A DNA stretch of 63,562 nt, filler included, from Perkinsus chesapeaki ATCC PRA-425 (lineage: Eukaryota > Protista > Perkinsozoa), in the NCBI GenBank assembly GCA_013115145.1. It is 12 parts of 12 records of this genome, joined end to end, with 100 filler letters (N's around TTAATTAATTAA, not from the genome) between each part and the next. Parts side by side here need not be neighbours in the genome. Positions count along the whole stretch, not along the records: positions 59,556 to 61,876 come from JAAPAO010001626.1; positions 61,977 to 63,562 come from JAAPAO010001880.1; 10 more parts are not named here. One strand, 5' to 3'. The notes beneath the pieces were generated by a model. It was not told the origin of the DNA, did no database searches, and saw only the letters and a list, made by a program, of their open reading frames with translations. Shown here in pieces: positions 60,640 through 63,562 of the stretch (position 1 is the first letter of the stretch; each line of letters starts with the position of its first letter). Position numbers and translations under genes: made by a program.

Positions 60640-61479
60640 GGTGGTTCCTCGGAGTTCCTCATTCTCCTTCCTGGCGACGGTCAATGCCTGCCTCGTTGCT
60701 CCCAACAAAGCCTTGGTGGCCATCAATTCAGTGCGGGTACTTTCCAAAGCATTCACACTCTCACGGCCGTTCTGACACAGACGAGACTACGCTAAGCCAG
60801 CACGGGCTAAGAACCACAACGCGAGTCATTCCCCGAGTGCCAGGAATCTACTTCCCAGTCAAAAAAGTCGCCTACCGTCGATGATGCTGAGAGTTCATGC
60901 TTCAGCTCGGCTAGAAGATTGTCTTTCTCGCAGCTTCGTCTCTCCGCCTCCTCCATTTGACTTTTGTACTCTTCCATCCTGTCCTCCAGTCTCTGTCGCT
61001 CCATGCCGAGGAAAGCCAGTTCGCTCTCCAGACGAATCTTGTCGTCACTCAGTTCCGACGCTGCTTCCTCGGAAGCAAGTCGGCTGCATCGGAACAATCA
61101 AATTCCCCAGCTGAACCGCTCTGCCTACGCTTCCTTCTCCAAATCCCTCTCCTTCTGAACTTCCTTCACCAGCTCATTAAGTCGTCCCAGCGCCTCCTCC
61201 GTTTCCTACCGCTCTCGCCTCAGTCATCAACACAAAGCTCCGTATACCCACCTCGGCTGTCCTCCTTAGCTCCGCCTCTTGCCTAACTAGCTTCTCCACC
61301 TCCTCCTTACTTGACGCCAATTCCCCCTTCAATACCGTCACGTTCTCCCTCTCTGTTCCTAGGTCGACTGTTATCCTCTTCAAATCATTCTCGGCCTTCT
61401 CCAGCCTTTCCTCCACTGCCTTCCGCTCCTCTCTGACATCCCCCAGCTCTCTCATCAACGATTCCTTCTCAAACCGGAC
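60640..61479 (-). CDS. Downstream exons of the coiled-coil gene at 12371-15180
   Basis: VRFEKESLMRELGDVREERK.., ELSDDKIRLESELAF.. and RTELMATKALLG... In frame with the donor at 12388 through the 62-bp overlap. Confidence 0.7.
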
Positions 61480-61976
61480 CTGAGGCTCTTTTTACAAGGA
61501 ATACACCAGGCTCAACCAATTGGCTCATTATGTATCAGGGATACATAATGTATATGATATAACAATGTGGCCAAAGCGCCTAGTTCCGACCACCAACGTT
61601 AGCCTACTCCTGTGGCCAGATACTAGCAGTACCGCACTGCCTGGCCGGTGGTACTAGCCGGTTTACCACCACCCTGGCCGAAGAATGACCGCCTACCGAT
61701 ACCCGATGATACATTCGAACAAATGTGTTTCCTAACAAGCCGAGTGCTTCAATAGACATTAGAATGACTTTTATAATCACCCCCAAAGCCTACTAGTCAT
61801 GCCCGTGTAGGCGACATTGTGCCAATTGTCCCATAATATAGTTCCTGTCCCTGTGGACACAATTACGCTGAGGCTGNNNNNNNNNNNNNNNNNNNNNNNN
61901 NNNNNNNNNNNNNNNNNNNNTTAATTAATTAANNNNNNNNNNNNNNNNNNNNNNNNNNNNNNNNNNNNNNNNNNNN

Positions 61977-62250
61977 TATCATAGATTTCACTATCAGTGG
62001 AGAACTTGGTGTGACTGCTGCTCCAAACAACACTATCACGGTATACGGTAAGATCGGGGTAAGCCACTCGATTCTGATAGCAGGTGCGAGCATCTACTTA
62101 GACATAGTTGCCGCTACTGCTGATCATCTTCCTAATAAGTGGCAGTTTTCTTCTGGCGTCACATTGACAGCTTGGGTCAACCTAATAGCTTGGAGGCATC
62201 GCTGGCAGCATCGCTGTGTGATATGGTCTATCGGCCCCGTTATCTTCTAA
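61977..62250 (+). CDS. C-terminal exons of a beta-strand-rich lineage-specific protein
   Basis: IIDFTISGELGVTAAPNNTITVYGKIG|GASIYLDIV..WQFSSGVTLTAWVNLIAWRHRW with a short GT-AG intron. Confidence 0.4.
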
Positions 62251-63562
62251 ACGACGTAGCAATCTACGTTCCAGAAGCGATGTTTTTAGTGATTATATTT
62301 GATGATTCTGCACTCCCAGGAAGCTCTGCTTGTGCTCTCAGCAGTCTACTAGCGAATGATTCTTGGGAGGAATCTGGCACTCACCATTATGAATCATAAT
62401 TTATGATCGTACTTCATTTAATATATCATTCACCTTTGCGGCCCACTGATCAGTCGGACATTATTCAAACAAAGTCTTGTCCTATCTCCTTAGTAGTTCT
62501 GGTTACTTACCTCATCGTAGCCTGCCGGCCTTAAGCAGCCGCAAAGATCTCAAGGACTCGATAACGTCCAGTCTGCTATACACTTAGCGTGAGCCTCGTG
62601 TTGCGTTCTCAGTGTGTGAGAGATGGTTCAAGCGGCTGCCTTGTGCATTTTCGCGGTCATAACACGCAAAGTCGATTGTGCATTCCTGTTGTCATGGCGC
62701 CATTGTGTGCACACCATGTCATCTCCGTGTATTCTTACCATTCAACGTCTAAGTAGGGCTCTATATCTTTTGTTCTAGTAATCACATACACCCGAATCGA
62801 ACTTTTCGAGCCTCGTTCGAGCGTTCCACTAGTATCTAAGTCGTTTACACCAAGAATCTGAGGGCCTCAGGAATGCGCTGCTCCCAACGGCATAGTTCTA
62901 CCATGGAGCGCAAGCTCGCTGACGAAGAATGGGATTTCGGAGACACCTCCAAGAAGAGATCCGAATGGGGAAAAATAGTTGGACTCCAGTGAGGGTAAGC
63001 TTAGCCAAGTTTATTCGTGTCTTCGTCGGAAATTTTCCGCGGAAAAGTCCTGGCGCACAGTTTCCTTGGGGGGCTTCCCCGTTCCAGTGGCTCCGCGCAA
63101 TGTTGATCGAACTCCATGGTGGAGCCGAGGTGAATGGTGCGACTCCCGAATTAAAGTCTCCCTTTCCGATATATGAAGCTGATGATGATTTTCTTACGGG
63201 AGCAATACGGTTACTCTCTAGCTGAATAGTCAAAAGTGGGCTGCTTCTCCAAACACAGTTTGAGGGTACGAGAGCATGCGGGAGGTGACGCGCACAGACC
63301 CGCTCCGCTCACAGGTGACGTGACGCCGCAAACGGCTTCCTCGGATATCCCTAGTCTGTGAGTATCCCCCCAGAAAATTGCTGCGGTAATCTCGCTAGGA
63401 GAATCTTCTATACCGTGACACCATAATTCGAGATAGTTCTCCCTTCCTCAGTATACTTGCCATGGGCATATATTGGTTATATCCTCTCTTTTCTCTCGTA
63501 ACGATCAGCGCTACAGAGATCAACTATTACTATGACTTCCAAGTAGAGACTACTCGACATTG

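Noticed and set aside
62898-63233. Overlapping short ORFs on both strands
   Set aside because: No recognisable motifs or consistent splice pattern, so no gene can be supported.

Overview
This is eukaryotic, intron-rich genomic DNA. The organism is most likely Perkinsus (Perkinsozoa), because two copies of the Perkinsus-type spliced-leader (SL) exon (..GTAGCCATCTTGGCTCAAG) are present. The window is not contiguous: it is 12 contigs joined by 11 artificial 100-nt linkers (N-run/TTAATTAATTAA/N-run), plus two internal N gaps, so adjacency across linkers means nothing. Recognisable host genes are two tandem P5-type ATPases, EIF6, a DCXR-like reductase, CFAP410, a syntaxin, a SHIPPO-repeat protein, a J-domain protein, an FHA protein, a head-to-head POT/PTR transporter pair, two tandem processive GT2 glycosyltransferases, large coiled-coil proteins, several lineage-specific ORFs and tRNA-Pro(TGG). 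Mobile DNA comprises an APE-RT LINE with a CCHC ORF1, two LTR-type pol fragments and an intron-containing MULE/SWIM-like gene. The main discovery candidate is the LINE, which begins exactly with the 3' end of the SL exon fused 52 nt upstream of ORF1 with no GT donor. This suggests a retrotransposon whose RNA is SL trans-spliced and re-integrated with its leader, or one that targets SL-RNA genes. A second SL relic with a similar junction lies at 20380-20400. Multi-exon gene boundaries were read by eye and are approximate, and family assignments come from motif recognition, not database searches.
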